Shown piece by piece: positions 21,424 through 31,556 of a stretch of DNA of 64,000 nucleotides (its first letter is position 1; each line of letters starts with the position of its first letter). The notes below the pieces were generated by a model. That model worked only from the letters and a program-made list of their open reading frames with translations, searched no databases and was not told where the DNA came from. The position numbers were made by a program, and so were the translations under genes. The DNA is taken from assembly GCF_028368995.1 (NCBI RefSeq), contig NZ_JAQNDL010000005.1, positions 608,001-672,000 of the forward strand, given 5' to 3'. This DNA is from Nannocystis bainbridge (lineage in GTDB: Bacteria > Myxococcota_A > Polyangia > Nannocystales > Nannocystaceae).

Positions 21424-22473
21424 GTGATTCGGCTCGTCGCGCCCCTCGCGCTGGGGCTGGCCCCGGCCGCGCCGGACGAGCTCGTGCACTGGCAGGCGCC
21501 CGCCGCCTGTCCCTCACGCGAGGCGCTGATCCGCGCCGTCGCGGCCGACCTCGGGCGCCCGCTCACGCCCGCGGACGCCGAGGCCGTGACCGCCCACGCG
21601 ACCGCGCAGCGCCGGCCCGATCGCCGCTGGCAGCTCGAGCTCACGCTGACCCCGCGCGACGCCCCCGCGGTCGCGCGCACCGTCGTCGGCGAGCGCTGCG
21701 AATTACTCGTCGAGGCCGCCGCGCTGATGATCGCGGTGGCGATCGATCCGGAGCTGCTCGCCGCGCTGCCGCGAACCGCCCCGGGTGACCGCGAACTCGG
21801 CGACATCCCGCTCGAAGTCCCCGTCGTCCGCGACGCACCTGCCCCCGCCAGCTCGTCCACCCCCGCGAACACGCCCACGCTCGCCCCTGCGCCCGCGATC
21901 GCGCCCATCCTCGCCCCTGCGCCCGCGAACTCGCCTCCGCCCTTCCGCCGGCCCACGCCCGCGCTTCGTGGCACCCTCGCCGTCGCCGCCGGCCTCGACG
22001 TCGGCGCCCTGCCTGGGCCTGCGCCCGGCTTCATGGTCCGCCTCGGCCTCCTCGCCCGGCGCGTGCGCGCCGAGGTCGGCGCCGTGCACTGGCTCGAGCA
22101 ATCGGCCCGCCTCGCCGGCACGGCCAGCGGCGGCGACCTGCGCCTTACCGCCGCCCAATTGCTCGCCTGCCCGCGGCTGGCGCTGCGGCGCTTCGAATTC
22201 CCGGTGTGCGCCGGCCTCGAGCTCGGGGCCATGCGCGGCCGCGGCGTCGGCGTGACGGTCCCGACGAGCGATCGCGTCGTCTGGCTGGCCCTCCTCGCCG
22301 ACGCGCGCGTGCAGTACCTGCCCGTCCCCCGGCTCGCGCTCGGCCTCCAGCTCGGCCTCGCCGCCCCGCTGCTGGCCGCGCGGTTTCGCCTGCGCGACCA
22401 GGACCAGGACCTCCACCGGGCCGCGCCGGTCGCCTTTCGCGCGGTCTTTGCGATCGAGCTGCGTTTTCCCTGA
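21424..22473 (+). CDS. Exported protein with C-terminal beta-barrel-like region, associated with the ECF operon
   Basis: Signal peptide, W.AP..CP motif, alternating beta-strand pattern and a terminal F. Directly upstream of the ECF sigma gene. Confidence 0.65.
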   Translation: MIRLVAPLALGLAPAAPDELVHWQAPAACPSREALIRAVAADLGRPLTPADAEAVTAHATAQRRPDRRWQLELTLTPRDAPAVARTVVGERCELLVEAAALMIAVAIDPELLAALPRTAPGDRELGDIPLEVPVVRDAPAPASSSTPANTPTLAPAPAIAPILAPAPANSPPPFRRPTPALRGTLAVAAGLDVGALPGPAPGFMVRLGLLARRVRAEVGAVHWLEQSARLAGTASGGDLRLTAAQLLACPRLALRRFEFPVCAGLELGAMRGRGVGVTVPTSDRVVWLALLADARVQYLPVPRLALGLQLGLAAPLLAARFRLRDQDQDLHRAAPVAFRAVFAIELRFP

Positions 22474-22490
22474 CAGATCGCGGCGCCTCG

Positions 22491-23090
22491 TTGCATGACG
22501 GGGACATCCCTCCGGTCCTCGCCCCACCGGCCGCCCTCGGCGACCCCGCCTCGCGCGCCCACGACGGCTCCCACGCCGCCGCCCTGCCGGCTGTGGCCGA
22601 GCTGTTCCGCGACCACTACGAGTTCGTGTGGCGCCTGACCGGCCGCCTCGGCGTGCCCGCGGCCGTGGTCGACGACGCCGTCCAGGACGTGTTCGTCGTC
22701 CTCCACCAGCGCCGCCACGAGTTCGCCGTGCACGGCTCGGTGCGCGCGCTCCTCTACGGCATCACCCGCCGCGTCGCCCGGCGCTACCGCGAGCGCGCCG
22801 CCCGGCACGTCGAGTTGGTCGCGGAGCCCGAGCCCGCCGGTCCCGGCCTCGACGAGGAGCTCGCGCGCCGCCAGGCCGCCGCCGTCCTGCGCGACGCCCT
22901 CGCCGGCATCGACGAGGACAAGCGCATGGCCTTCGTGCTCGCCGACATCGAGGGCATGGCGATGCCCGAGGTCGCCGAATGCCTCGAGATCAACCTCAAC
23001 ACCGCCTATTCGCGGGTGCGCGTGGCCAGGCAGCTGCTGCAGCGAGCGATCGCCCGCCACCACGCGCGCGACAGTCGGAGGACCCCGTGA
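22491..23090 (+). CDS. ECF RNA polymerase sigma factor
   Basis: FVWRL...DDAVQDVF (region 2) and FVLADIEGMAMPEVAECLEINLNTAYSRV (region 4). Start uncertain. Confidence 0.9.
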   Translation: MHDGDIPPVLAPPAALGDPASRAHDGSHAAALPAVAELFRDHYEFVWRLTGRLGVPAAVVDDAVQDVFVVLHQRRHEFAVHGSVRALLYGITRRVARRYRERAARHVELVAEPEPAGPGLDEELARRQAAAVLRDALAGIDEDKRMAFVLADIEGMAMPEVAECLEINLNTAYSRVRVARQLLQRAIARHHARDSRRTP

Positions 23091-23956
23091 ACGAACCACT
23101 CGACGACGAGCTGCGGCGCTACGTCGCCGCCCTGCGCGAGGTCGACCGCCCCGGCGACGGCGCCCGCGCTGCCACCTGGGCCGGCATCGATGCCCGCATC
23201 GCCGAGGATCTCGCGCCGCCTCGCCCCGCCTGGCGCACCTGGCCGCTGGCCGCCCTCGCCGCCGCGGTCGTGCTCGGCGTCGGATTGGCCGCAGCCACGG
23301 CCTGGCGCGTGCGCGCCGAGGCCAACGTCGAGGCCGCCCATCAGCGCATCGACGCGCCCACCCTGCGCTCCCTCGAGAAATCCTCGCGCGAATCACCGCA
23401 GTCCGCCTCGCGGGGCCAATCACCGCACCCCGAACCGCCGGCCTCGACCTCCGGAAAACCCGAGCATTCGCCGATCGGGGCCGCGTCCGCCTCCGAATCA
23501 TCCGCGGCCACCACCCCCTCCGACCCGTCCACCGCGCCGAGCGTCGGGCCCGCCGGTGATTCGCAGGACCTCGGCGCCAGCGATCCGGCAGCCGTCGAAA
23601 AAACACCCCATGCGCGATCGCCCTCCGCCGAATCGTCCGGCAATGCCCGCCCCTCCGCAGCGCGCCGCCCCGCGGACAGCCCCTCGCTGCGGCCCGAGGA
23701 GGTAGCATCCTTCCAGCGCGCCCAGGCCGCCCTCGCCGCCGGCCGCTACGACGACGCCTTGAGCGCCCTCGACGCTCACGGCCGCCGCTTCGAGCGTGGC
23801 GTGTTCGAGGAGGAGCGCCAGGTCTCGCGGGCCACCGCGCTGTGCAAGCTCGGCCGCCTGGACGACGCCGCCGACGCCCGGCGTCGCTTCTTGCGCGAGC
23901 GCCCGGGTTCGCACCTGGCCGAGCGCATGCGCCAGATCTGCCGCGACGACGAATAA
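23087..23956 (+). CDS. Putative anti-sigma factor (single TM helix, low-complexity linker, TPR-like C-terminus)
   Basis: GTGA overlap with the sigma stop codon and GGAGG RBS. TM helix, then AQAALAAG..ALSALDAH...F..G...EER...LCKLGR. Confidence 0.75.
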   Translation: MNEPLDDELRRYVAALREVDRPGDGARAATWAGIDARIAEDLAPPRPAWRTWPLAALAAAVVLGVGLAAATAWRVRAEANVEAAHQRIDAPTLRSLEKSSRESPQSASRGQSPHPEPPASTSGKPEHSPIGAASASESSAATTPSDPSTAPSVGPAGDSQDLGASDPAAVEKTPHARSPSAESSGNARPSAARRPADSPSLRPEEVASFQRAQAALAAGRYDDALSALDAHGRRFERGVFEEERQVSRATALCKLGRLDDAADARRRFLRERPGSHLAERMRQICRDDE

Positions 23957-23997
23957 CATCACAGAATCATCCGCGTCCCTGCATCTCGAGGAGTGAC

Positions 23998-25254
23998 ATG
24001 ACCCTTTCCCGAACGCGCCTGTCCTCCCACCTCTTCCTCTCGACCTTGATCGCCTTCGTGCTCGGCGCCTGCGACCAGAAGCCCGGCGACCTCGGGCAGA
24101 TGACCGACGGCGACGACGCGCTGTGCGGCGACGGCATCGTCGCTCCCGGTCTCGAGCAGTGCGACGACGGCAACGCCCAGGACGGCGACGGCTGCACCGC
24201 CAATTGCACCCTCGAGGACTCGCCCGCCTGCGGCGACGGCATCGTCCAGCCCGGTCTCGAGCAGTGCGACGACGGCAACGCCCAGGACGGCGACGGCTGC
24301 ACCGCCAATTGCACCCTCGAGGGCCAACCCGTCTGCGGCGACGGCATCGTCGATCCCGGCGAGCAGTGCGACGACGGCAACAACGCCGACGACGACGGCT
24401 GCTCTCTCACTTGCACCCTCCAGGCGAGCGTCTGCGGCGACGGCGTCCTCGCCGGTCTCGAGCAGTGCGACGACGGCAACTTCGTCGACGGCGACGGCTG
24501 CACCGCCAATTGCACCCTCGAGGGCCAGGCCGTGTGCGGTGACGGCATCGTCCAGCCGCAGAACGGCGAGCAGTGCGACGACGGCAACGCCGTCGACGGC
24601 GACGGCTGCAACAACGATTGCACCCACGATGGCAGCCTGTGCGGCGACGGCGTGATCGCTCCCGGCCTCGAGCAGTGCGACGACGGCAACAACCTCGACG
24701 GTGACGGCTGCTCCTCCATCTGCCAGCTCGAGGGCCAGTCCCCCTGCGGTGACGGCGTCCTCCAGCCCGGCGAGCAGTGCGACGACGGCAACGCCATCGA
24801 CGGCGACGGCTGCACCGCCAATTGCACCCTCGAGGGCCAGGGCCTGTGCGGCGACGGCATCGTCCAGCCCGGTCTCGAGCAGTGCGACGACGGCAACGCC
24901 CAGGACGGCGACGGCTGCAACAACGATTGCACCTTCGGCGGCATCCTGTGCGGCGACGGCCTGCTCGATCCGGGCGAGCAGTGCGACGACGGCAACAACA
25001 CCAGCAACGACGGCTGCTCCGCCGCCTGCCTGCTCGAGGGCCAGTCCCCCTGCGGTGACGGCGTCCTCCAGCCCGGCGAGCAGTGCGACGACGGCAACTT
25101 CGTCGACGGCGACGGCTGCACCGCCAACTGCACCCTCGAGGGCCCGCTGTCCTGCGGCGACGGCGTCGTCCAGCCGCAGAACGGCGAGCAGTGCGACGAC
25201 GGCAACGTCCAGAGCGGCGACGGCTGCACCTCCACCTGCCAGCTCGAGGCCTGA
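23998..25254 (+). CDS. Lipoprotein made of 11 Myxococcus Cys-rich (DUF4215) repeats
   Basis: VLGAC lipobox and 11 CGDG...EQCDDGN..DGDGC...C units. GAGGAG RBS. Confidence 0.85.
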   Translation: MTLSRTRLSSHLFLSTLIAFVLGACDQKPGDLGQMTDGDDALCGDGIVAPGLEQCDDGNAQDGDGCTANCTLEDSPACGDGIVQPGLEQCDDGNAQDGDGCTANCTLEGQPVCGDGIVDPGEQCDDGNNADDDGCSLTCTLQASVCGDGVLAGLEQCDDGNFVDGDGCTANCTLEGQAVCGDGIVQPQNGEQCDDGNAVDGDGCNNDCTHDGSLCGDGVIAPGLEQCDDGNNLDGDGCSSICQLEGQSPCGDGVLQPGEQCDDGNAIDGDGCTANCTLEGQGLCGDGIVQPGLEQCDDGNAQDGDGCNNDCTFGGILCGDGLLDPGEQCDDGNNTSNDGCSAACLLEGQSPCGDGVLQPGEQCDDGNFVDGDGCTANCTLEGPLSCGDGVVQPQNGEQCDDGNVQSGDGCTSTCQLEA

Positions 25255-25596
25255 CCGCCGCCCGCCGATCCGTCGATCGCTGTCCAGTTAAGACGTCCCC
25301 AGAATCGCCGGCCGCGCGCGCTCGCCCGCGAGCCTCGCGGCCGATGAACCGCGCTTCAGCGGCGCCCCGCCCGGCGCCGTGTCACCTCGATGCGCACGAG
25401 GTCGCGTCCACTGCCGCATTATCATGACCCGGCGCCCTGCTTCGCGCCGTGAAATCGCCGCACGCTGACGCAGCGACAGGCGCTCGGCGATTCGCGCCGC
25501 GGCGCCTACATTGTCGGCAGTCCGGGTGCGACACCTCGTCCGCGGCTCACTTCGAAGACTGCAGACAATCGCCGGGCGGCGTGCTTCACTCCCGCC

Positions 25597-26715
25597 ATGA
25601 GCACGTCCGGCGAGGATGGTGGGACGGCAGACGCGCACCGCGTGCCGTTCGTGCGCGTCGAGTTCGACCGCGAGCTGCGGGTCGTCGGGTGGAACGAGCG
25701 CGCCGAGCAGCAGTTCGGTCGCAGCGCCGCCGAGGCGCGCGGCCGCAGCGTCGCCGACCTCCTGCCGCTGACCGGCGGCGGCGACTGGCGCGACCTGTGG
25801 ACCGAGCGCGACGACGCCGGCTCGACCCGCCTCGACCACGCGGACGGGCGCGCCTGGGAGTGGACCGCCGCCCCGGTGCGCCGGGGCGCGGAGGTCGTCG
25901 GCGTCGCCTGCTACGGCGTCGACATCACCGCGCGGATCGCCCTCGCCCGCGAGGCCGAGCTCGAGCACGTCATGCTGCGCGTCCTCGTCGACAACCTGCC
26001 GGTGGTCGTCTGTTCCTACGCGGCCGACGGCACCTACCTCTACGTCGCCGGTCAGGGCCTCGCCAACACCTCGCTGCGGCCGGAGCAGATGATCGGCCAG
26101 AACCCATTGACGATGTTCGCCGACGACGACGACGCGGTGGAGTTCATCCGCCGTGGCCTCGAGGGCACGCCGTCGCGCATGACCATCCACTCGCAGGACC
26201 GCTGGTGGGACAGCTGGCACATCCCCGCGCCGCCTGACAACCGCGCCGCGCTCGTCAGCATGTCGCTCGACGTCACCGAGGCCCACGCGCAGGAGCTCGA
26301 GCTGCGAGCCAGGCTCGATCTCATCGATCGCCAGCAACGGGTGATCCGCGAGCTCTCGACCCCGATCATCGAGGTGTGGGAGGGCGTGGTCGTCATGCCG
26401 ATCATCGGCCTCGTCGACAGCATGCGCACCTCCGAGATCATGGACAGCCTGCTGCAGAGCGTCGGCCGCATGCGGGCCAGGGTCGCCATCCTCGATCTCA
26501 CCGGCATCGAGGTCGTCGACACCGCGACCGCCAATCACCTGCTGGCGATGATCCGCGCGGTCCGCCTGCTCGGCGCCGAGGGCATCCTCACCGGCATCCA
26601 CCCCAGCATCGCTCAGACGATCGTCACCCTCGGCGTCGACCTCACGGGCTTCCTCGTCCACGCCACCCTGCGCCAGGCGCTGAAGCACTGCCTGGCCACC
26701 GGCAAGCGCGCGTGA
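25597..26715 (+). CDS. PAS-PAS-STAS (RsbR-like) protein
   Basis: WNERAEQQFG PAS motif. C-terminal ELSTPII...PIIGLVDSMR...ILDLTGIEVVDT...LLGAEGILTGI. Confidence 0.85.
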   Translation: MSTSGEDGGTADAHRVPFVRVEFDRELRVVGWNERAEQQFGRSAAEARGRSVADLLPLTGGGDWRDLWTERDDAGSTRLDHADGRAWEWTAAPVRRGAEVVGVACYGVDITARIALAREAELEHVMLRVLVDNLPVVVCSYAADGTYLYVAGQGLANTSLRPEQMIGQNPLTMFADDDDAVEFIRRGLEGTPSRMTIHSQDRWWDSWHIPAPPDNRAALVSMSLDVTEAHAQELELRARLDLIDRQQRVIRELSTPIIEVWEGVVVMPIIGLVDSMRTSEIMDSLLQSVGRMRARVAILDLTGIEVVDTATANHLLAMIRAVRLLGAEGILTGIHPSIAQTIVTLGVDLTGFLVHATLRQALKHCLATGKRA

Positions 26716-26769
26716 CGGAGGCACTGACGCGCGCCCGCAACCACCGTCGCAGCGCGCCGAGCCGCTGCT

Positions 26770-27468
26770 TCACCCACGCGCTTGCGACCGTCGTCGTCGC
26801 AGCGCCACCAGCCCGAGCAGCGCGAGCCAATCCGGCGTCCGGCCCGTGAGTGAACAAGAGCAGCCGCCGCCGCCCTCGCTGCCGGGCGAGGTCGCGCTCG
26901 CACCGCTCGCACCGCTGCTGCTCGAGCTCGAGCTCGCGCCCGTCGAGGCCTCACCGCTCGTCGGCGCCGCCGCACCCGAGCTGGATCCGCTCGTCGCGGC
27001 CGACGTGCCAGAGGTCGTATCGCCGCTCGTCGTCGTCCCGCTGCTCGTCGTCGTCCCGCTGCTCGTCGTCGTCCCGCTGCTCGTCCCCGTCGTCGTCTCA
27101 CCGCCGGTCGAATCCTCGCCGAACGACAGGCACAGCTTGCGCGTCTGGCACAGCAGATCTTCGCCGCTGCACGTGTCCCCGCGCAGGCACGGCCCGCCGT
27201 GCTCGGTCCGGGGCGGTACGTACCACTCGATCTCCCTGAAGCAGCCCTCGACCGGCTCGCAGTCCCCGCCCTTGCAGTCGGCGTCGGTCTCGCACACGAA
27301 CGCGCGGCAGAACGCCGCCCCGCAGGAATACTCGACCTCGCTGCCGGGCGGGCACGCATCGGGCAGCGGCGGGACCACGTCGGCGCGGGCCACCGCCGGC
27401 GCAGCCCCGACCATCACCACCACGAGCGAGCACCAGACGACAGGCCCAAGGTTCACCCGCATCGACAC
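26770..27468 (-). CDS. MYXO-CTERM sorting-signal protein
   Basis: Signal peptide ending ARADVV, Cys-rich domain, TTTSSG repeats and C-terminal GGGCSC...LALLGLVALRRRR. Confidence 0.8.
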   Translation of the reverse strand: MSMRVNLGPVVWCSLVVVMVGAAPAVARADVVPPLPDACPPGSEVEYSCGAAFCRAFVCETDADCKGGDCEPVEGCFREIEWYVPPRTEHGGPCLRGDTCSGEDLLCQTRKLCLSFGEDSTGGETTTGTSSGTTTSSGTTTSSGTTTSGDTTSGTSAATSGSSSGAAAPTSGEASTGASSSSSSSGASGASATSPGSEGGGGCSCSLTGRTPDWLALLGLVALRRRRSQARG

Positions 27469-27499
27469 CTCGCATTCACGCTATCATCCGTGGCGCCGC

Positions 27500-28063
27500 A
27501 TGCAAAGTCGCTCGCTCGCCGCCCTGCTGCTCGCCGGGGACCTCGCGTGTGGCCCTCCCGCCCCCGAGTGTCCGCCGGCCACCGCCGTCGATCCTGCGCG
27601 CGCCCAGGCGGTCCTCGCCACGGCCCGCAGCACGCGACCCGGCCATGGGCTCGACGGCGGCGCGACGATCTGCTTCGGCGGGCACGACCGCGGCTCGGTC
27701 CTCGCCAGCGGGGCCGTCGTCATCGCCGACTCGCTCGATCGCCCGGCCGCCGCGGCCCGGCTGATCCACCTGCGCCTGCACGTCGCCGACGGCCTGCACC
27801 GATTCCCGACCCCCGGCGTCGCCTGCGAGGCGCAGATGGAAGCGGCGAGGGCCGCCGAGGCGCGGGCCATCACCGCCGAGATCGAGGCCTGCGACGAGCT
27901 CGGCTGCGCCGAGCCTCCGTACAGCTTCGCCGCCGCGGTGCTGGCCGCCGCCCCCGAGGCGCGCATCGACCTCGTGCTCGCGCGCCTGCGCGACGAGCCT
28001 GCGGCCGACGGCCTCGGCCTCATGCTCCGCAACTACCGCGCCCGCTGCGAAGCCGCGCGCTGA
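27500..28063 (+). CDS. Hypothetical exported protein
   Basis: GC3-rich codon usage, signal-like N-terminus and paired Cys residues. Confidence 0.55.
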   Translation: MQSRSLAALLLAGDLACGPPAPECPPATAVDPARAQAVLATARSTRPGHGLDGGATICFGGHDRGSVLASGAVVIADSLDRPAAAARLIHLRLHVADGLHRFPTPGVACEAQMEAARAAEARAITAEIEACDELGCAEPPYSFAAAVLAAAPEARIDLVLARLRDEPAADGLGLMLRNYRARCEAAR

Positions 28064-28087
28064 GCCCTGGTTCAGCGCGACGTCCTG

Positions 28088-28477
28088 CTAACAATCGCAG
28101 GTGTACGCCGAGATCTTGTCGTTCCACCACTCGCCGACGAACGGCACCGACCCCTGAAACGAATTCTGCGCCCCGGCGAAATCGGCGTGCTCGAACACGT
28201 TGAGCACGCAGCCCGAGCGCACCTTCACCGACGACACCACGTCGTTCCACAGGTTACCGATGAACGACACGTACGCCCCGGCCTCGACCCGCTTGGCCTC
28301 ACCTTCGAAGTGCCAGTGCTCGTACATCGTCGCGCATTCGCCCCCGCGGCCGCTGACCTCGTCGAACGGCGCCACCTCCGCCACCTCCGTCTCGTCCTCG
28401 CCCGCGAGCTCCTCCGCCTCGTCGCATCCCATCAAAAAAACAATCGCACCCACCGCGCTGATGATCGCCCTTCGCAT
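28088..28477 (-). CDS. Beta/gamma-crystallin domain lipoprotein
   Basis: FLMGC lipobox and two Greek-key motifs: YEHWHFEG...WNDVVSSVKV and FEHADFAG...WNDKISA. Confidence 0.8.
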   Translation of the reverse strand: MRRAIISAVGAIVFLMGCDEAEELAGEDETEVAEVAPFDEVSGRGGECATMYEHWHFEGEAKRVEAGAYVSFIGNLWNDVVSSVKVRSGCVLNVFEHADFAGAQNSFQGSVPFVGEWWNDKISAYTCDC

Positions 28478-28588
28478 CGCTCCTCCGATCGCCGATCTCA
28501 TGCCGCAGCGCCTCACCCCGGCAACCGCCCGGCAGGAGTTCTTATGACCGCTTGACGGCGACCGCCCGCGCGCGAGATCGCGGCATCG

Positions 28589-28651
28589 CATGTCCCCAAG
28601 GCCATGTGACTGCATTCACGGGCATTCGGCCGACATGTCTTTCAAGACAGC
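28589..28651. repeat. 14-bp-period repeat array
   Basis: Cores at 28589, 28603 and 28617, then at 28634 and 28648. Confidence 0.65.
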
Positions 28652-28655
28652 CTCG

Positions 28656-29564
28656 CTAGTCCGCCCCGACCACCACCGGCCCGCGCGCCGCCAGCTCGGC
28701 CGCCAGCTCGGCCGACACCCCCGTCCCGCTCAGCTCCAGCCGCCTCAACCGCCCGAGCCACGGCGCTTGCAGCAGCCCCTCCAGCGCCCCGCCGAGCCCC
28801 GGCGCGTGGGTGATCGCCAGCGCCTGCAGCTCGAGCGTTTGCCCGCCCAGCGCCTCCAGCAGCGCCGGCGACTCGAGCCCGCGCAGCGCCAGCTCGCGCA
28901 GCCCCGGCAGCTTCGCGCTCGACAGCGCCGCCGCCAGCTCCTCCGCTTCGCCCGCGTCCTCCGCGAGCGCCTCCGGCCCGAGCCACAGATCGACCCGCTC
29001 CAGCGCCGGAAACGGCGCCGCGATCAGGTTCGCCAGCGAATCGTCGCCCAGCTCGCCGACGTGCATCACCAGCGTACGCAGCCGCGGGTGCCCCTTCGCC
29101 GGGATAAGCGCCCACCCGCTCGCGCCGTGCAGATCGAGGCGCGTCAGCGCGGGCAGCTTCGTCAGCGCCGGCCCGACCCCCTGGCACACCCCTTCCGCCG
29201 GCGGCAGCGCGGCCGGGAACGGGCCGATGTACAGCCGCTCGAGCCCCGCCAGCCGGCTCGCGTGGCGCGTCATCAGCGGCAGCGGATCGCCCTCCTCGTA
29301 CGGCGTGTCGTAAAGGTCGGCCTGCCCGGACCAATCGTCGAGGATCAGCGTGCGCAGCCGCGGCGCCGCGGGGTCGCGCAGCAGCGACTGCAGCAGCCCC
29401 GACCATCGCGCACCCACGTCCTCGACGTCCTCACCGGCGTCGCCCCGGCCGGCCACCGACACCGCCCACGCGATCCGGTCGGGCAGCGACAGCCCGTGCG
29501 CCGGGTCGTAACCATCGACCACCTGGTCGTCGAGAACTCGCAGCCCCGCGCGCGGATCGGCCAT
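28656..29564 (-). CDS. Leucine-rich-repeat protein (STM4015-like)
   Basis: LRTLIL, LERLYIG, LPALTRLDL, LERVDLWLG, LPGLRELAL and LRRLELS repeats. Confidence 0.7.
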   Translation of the reverse strand: MADPRAGLRVLDDQVVDGYDPAHGLSLPDRIAWAVSVAGRGDAGEDVEDVGARWSGLLQSLLRDPAAPRLRTLILDDWSGQADLYDTPYEEGDPLPLMTRHASRLAGLERLYIGPFPAALPPAEGVCQGVGPALTKLPALTRLDLHGASGWALIPAKGHPRLRTLVMHVGELGDDSLANLIAAPFPALERVDLWLGPEALAEDAGEAEELAAALSSAKLPGLRELALRGLESPALLEALGGQTLELQALAITHAPGLGGALEGLLQAPWLGRLRRLELSGTGVSAELAAELAARGPVVVGAD

Positions 29565-29766
29565 CCTTAAAATCTATCGCGCCCCGCGGCCCCGGCGCAA
29601 TCCTCGACGACATCGAAGCGGAGCGCGGTGGGCCTGCCAATGACACGCGAACTCGGCCCCAGCGGCCTCGCGAGGCATCGCCCGCGCGCAATCCAATTGA
29701 AGCGTCGTCGACGCTCACTACGCCAGACGAGGCCCGGTCGTCCCGGGCAGAGGTCGTCGATTCGCC

Positions 29767-30522
29767 ATGCTGATCGAGCTCGAAGCACAGGATTACCCGC
29801 GGGTCCGGCCGCTGTTCCGCGCCTCGTATCCCAACCTCGCCTTCGTGCATGCCGTGCTCGAGCGAGCCATCCCCGGGTGCGTATGGGCCGGGTCCGGCGA
29901 GCGTGAATTCGCGGTCGCCCTGGTCGCCACCGAGGCGCCGTTCTGCTTCGCCGCCGGCGCGGTGACCCCGGCCCTGCTCGATGAAATGCGGGCGCTGCTC
30001 GCCGACAGGCCGCCGATCAAGCTCGTGCATCCACGCGGGCTCGCCTCGGCCGCGCCGCAGCTCGGCTTCGTGGCCGCCGAGCGGGCCCAGTTCGGCCCTG
30101 GCCCCGGCGGCTACGCGCCGCGGGACCTGCGAGCGCCGCCCGGCTTCGAGCTGGCCGCCGTCGACGGCCACCTGTTCTCGCGCTTGAACTGGCGCGACCC
30201 CGTGCTCGCCATCTTCGGCTCCGTCGCCAACTACCTGCGCCACGGCTTCGGGGTCTGCCTGCTCCACGACGACCAGTTGGTCGCGGAGATCCACGGCGTG
30301 GTCGGCGGAGGGCTGTGCGAGTTCGGCTGCCACACGCGCGCCGACTATCGGCGGCGGGGCCTCTCCAGCCTCGTCCTCGGCGCCGCCTGCAAGCACGCGG
30401 TCGCGCTCGGGCTCGCCCCGTTCACGACCTTCGACGCCGGCAAGATCGAGTCCGAGGCCCTCTCGCGCAGCGCTGGCCTCCATTACGAATTTCATTACCC
30501 CATCTCTCAACGGATCTGCTGA
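29767..30522 (+). CDS. GNAT family N-acetyltransferase
   Basis: C-terminal GFGVCL...EFGCHTRADYRRRGLS acetyl-CoA motif. First gene of a three-gene operon. Confidence 0.8.
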   Translation: MLIELEAQDYPRVRPLFRASYPNLAFVHAVLERAIPGCVWAGSGEREFAVALVATEAPFCFAAGAVTPALLDEMRALLADRPPIKLVHPRGLASAAPQLGFVAAERAQFGPGPGGYAPRDLRAPPGFELAAVDGHLFSRLNWRDPVLAIFGSVANYLRHGFGVCLLHDDQLVAEIHGVVGGGLCEFGCHTRADYRRRGLSSLVLGAACKHAVALGLAPFTTFDAGKIESEALSRSAGLHYEFHYPISQRIC

Positions 30523-30523
30523 C

Positions 30524-31549
30524 ATGCTCCTCGATACATTAACGATCTCGCTCGACAATACGCGGCGGGTCGCCCGGCTCATCGCCCCGCACGTGCGGCG
30601 CACCCCGCTGATCCGCTCCGACGCCGCGGCCAGGCTCGGCGCCGGCGACATCTTCGTGAAGTGCGAGAATCGCCAGCACACCGGCTCCTTCAAGCTGCGG
30701 GGGGCGATGAGCGCCCTCCACGGCTACCCGCTCGCGCTGCCCGACGCCTGGGCCCACATGCGGCGCCGCGGCGTGGTCACCTGCAGCTCCGGCAACTTCG
30801 CCCGGGGCCTGGCCCACGCCACCGCCCAGCTCGGCCTCGATTGCACGATCGTCGTCCCGCGATCGATCTCGGCCTTCAAATGGGGCCGGATCCTGCGCCA
30901 GAACCCCGCCGCCAGGGTGCATCGCGTCGACCACGACGCCTGGCGGCGCATGATGATCGCCGCCGAATGTCCCGAGCTCCCGGGCTACTTCCTGTCGTCC
31001 GAGAGCGACAGCCACGTCAGCCTCGGCAACGCGACCATCGCCCTCGAGATCCTCGAGGACCTGCCCGACGTCGACGCCGTCTTCGTCCCCTTCGGCGGCG
31101 GCAACCTGGCGTTCAGCGTCGCCTCCTTGCTGGCCCGCGCTCGCCCCGAGGTCAAGGTCTACGCGGTCGAGGTCTCCACCGGCGCGCCGCTGTCCGCCTC
31201 GCTGCGCGCCGACAGGCCCGTAGCCGTCGAGCACAGCCAGACCTTCGTCGACGGCATCGGCGCCAGCTTCGTCATCCCCTGGCAATTTCACCGCCTGCGC
31301 GACCTGCTCGCCGGCGTGCTCATCGTGACCCCGCGCGAGATCTCGGTCGCTATCGCCGGCCTCGCCTGTTTCGACGATCTGCGGCTCGAGGGAGCCGGCG
31401 CCGCCGCATTCGCAGCAGCGCGAAAGTATGCCCATGTCCACGGCTTTCGCCGCCCGTGCGCCGTCGCCACCGGCGGGTCCATCGCCCCCGACGTGCTGCG
31501 GACCATCCTACGAACCGTCTCGCCCGACGAGACCCTGAAGTGCGCCTAG
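30524..31549 (+). CDS. PLP-dependent threonine/serine dehydratase-like enzyme (fold II, no regulatory domain)
   Basis: RRTPL, KCENRQHTGSFKLRGA (PLP lysine), SSGNF and VPFGGGNL. Confidence 0.85.
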   Translation: MLLDTLTISLDNTRRVARLIAPHVRRTPLIRSDAAARLGAGDIFVKCENRQHTGSFKLRGAMSALHGYPLALPDAWAHMRRRGVVTCSSGNFARGLAHATAQLGLDCTIVVPRSISAFKWGRILRQNPAARVHRVDHDAWRRMMIAAECPELPGYFLSSESDSHVSLGNATIALEILEDLPDVDAVFVPFGGGNLAFSVASLLARARPEVKVYAVEVSTGAPLSASLRADRPVAVEHSQTFVDGIGASFVIPWQFHRLRDLLAGVLIVTPREISVAIAGLACFDDLRLEGAGAAAFAAARKYAHVHGFRRPCAVATGGSIAPDVLRTILRTVSPDETLKCA

Positions 31550-31556
31550 GTGAGCC

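Noticed and set aside
24120-25250. Regularly spaced DNA repeats resembling a CRISPR array
   Set aside because: They are in-frame protein repeats (DUF4215), with no unique spacers and no cas genes.
27011-27100. 18-bp tandem repeat (TTTSSG)
   Set aside because: An ordinary low-complexity linker of a MYXO-CTERM protein, unrelated to the 14-bp element.
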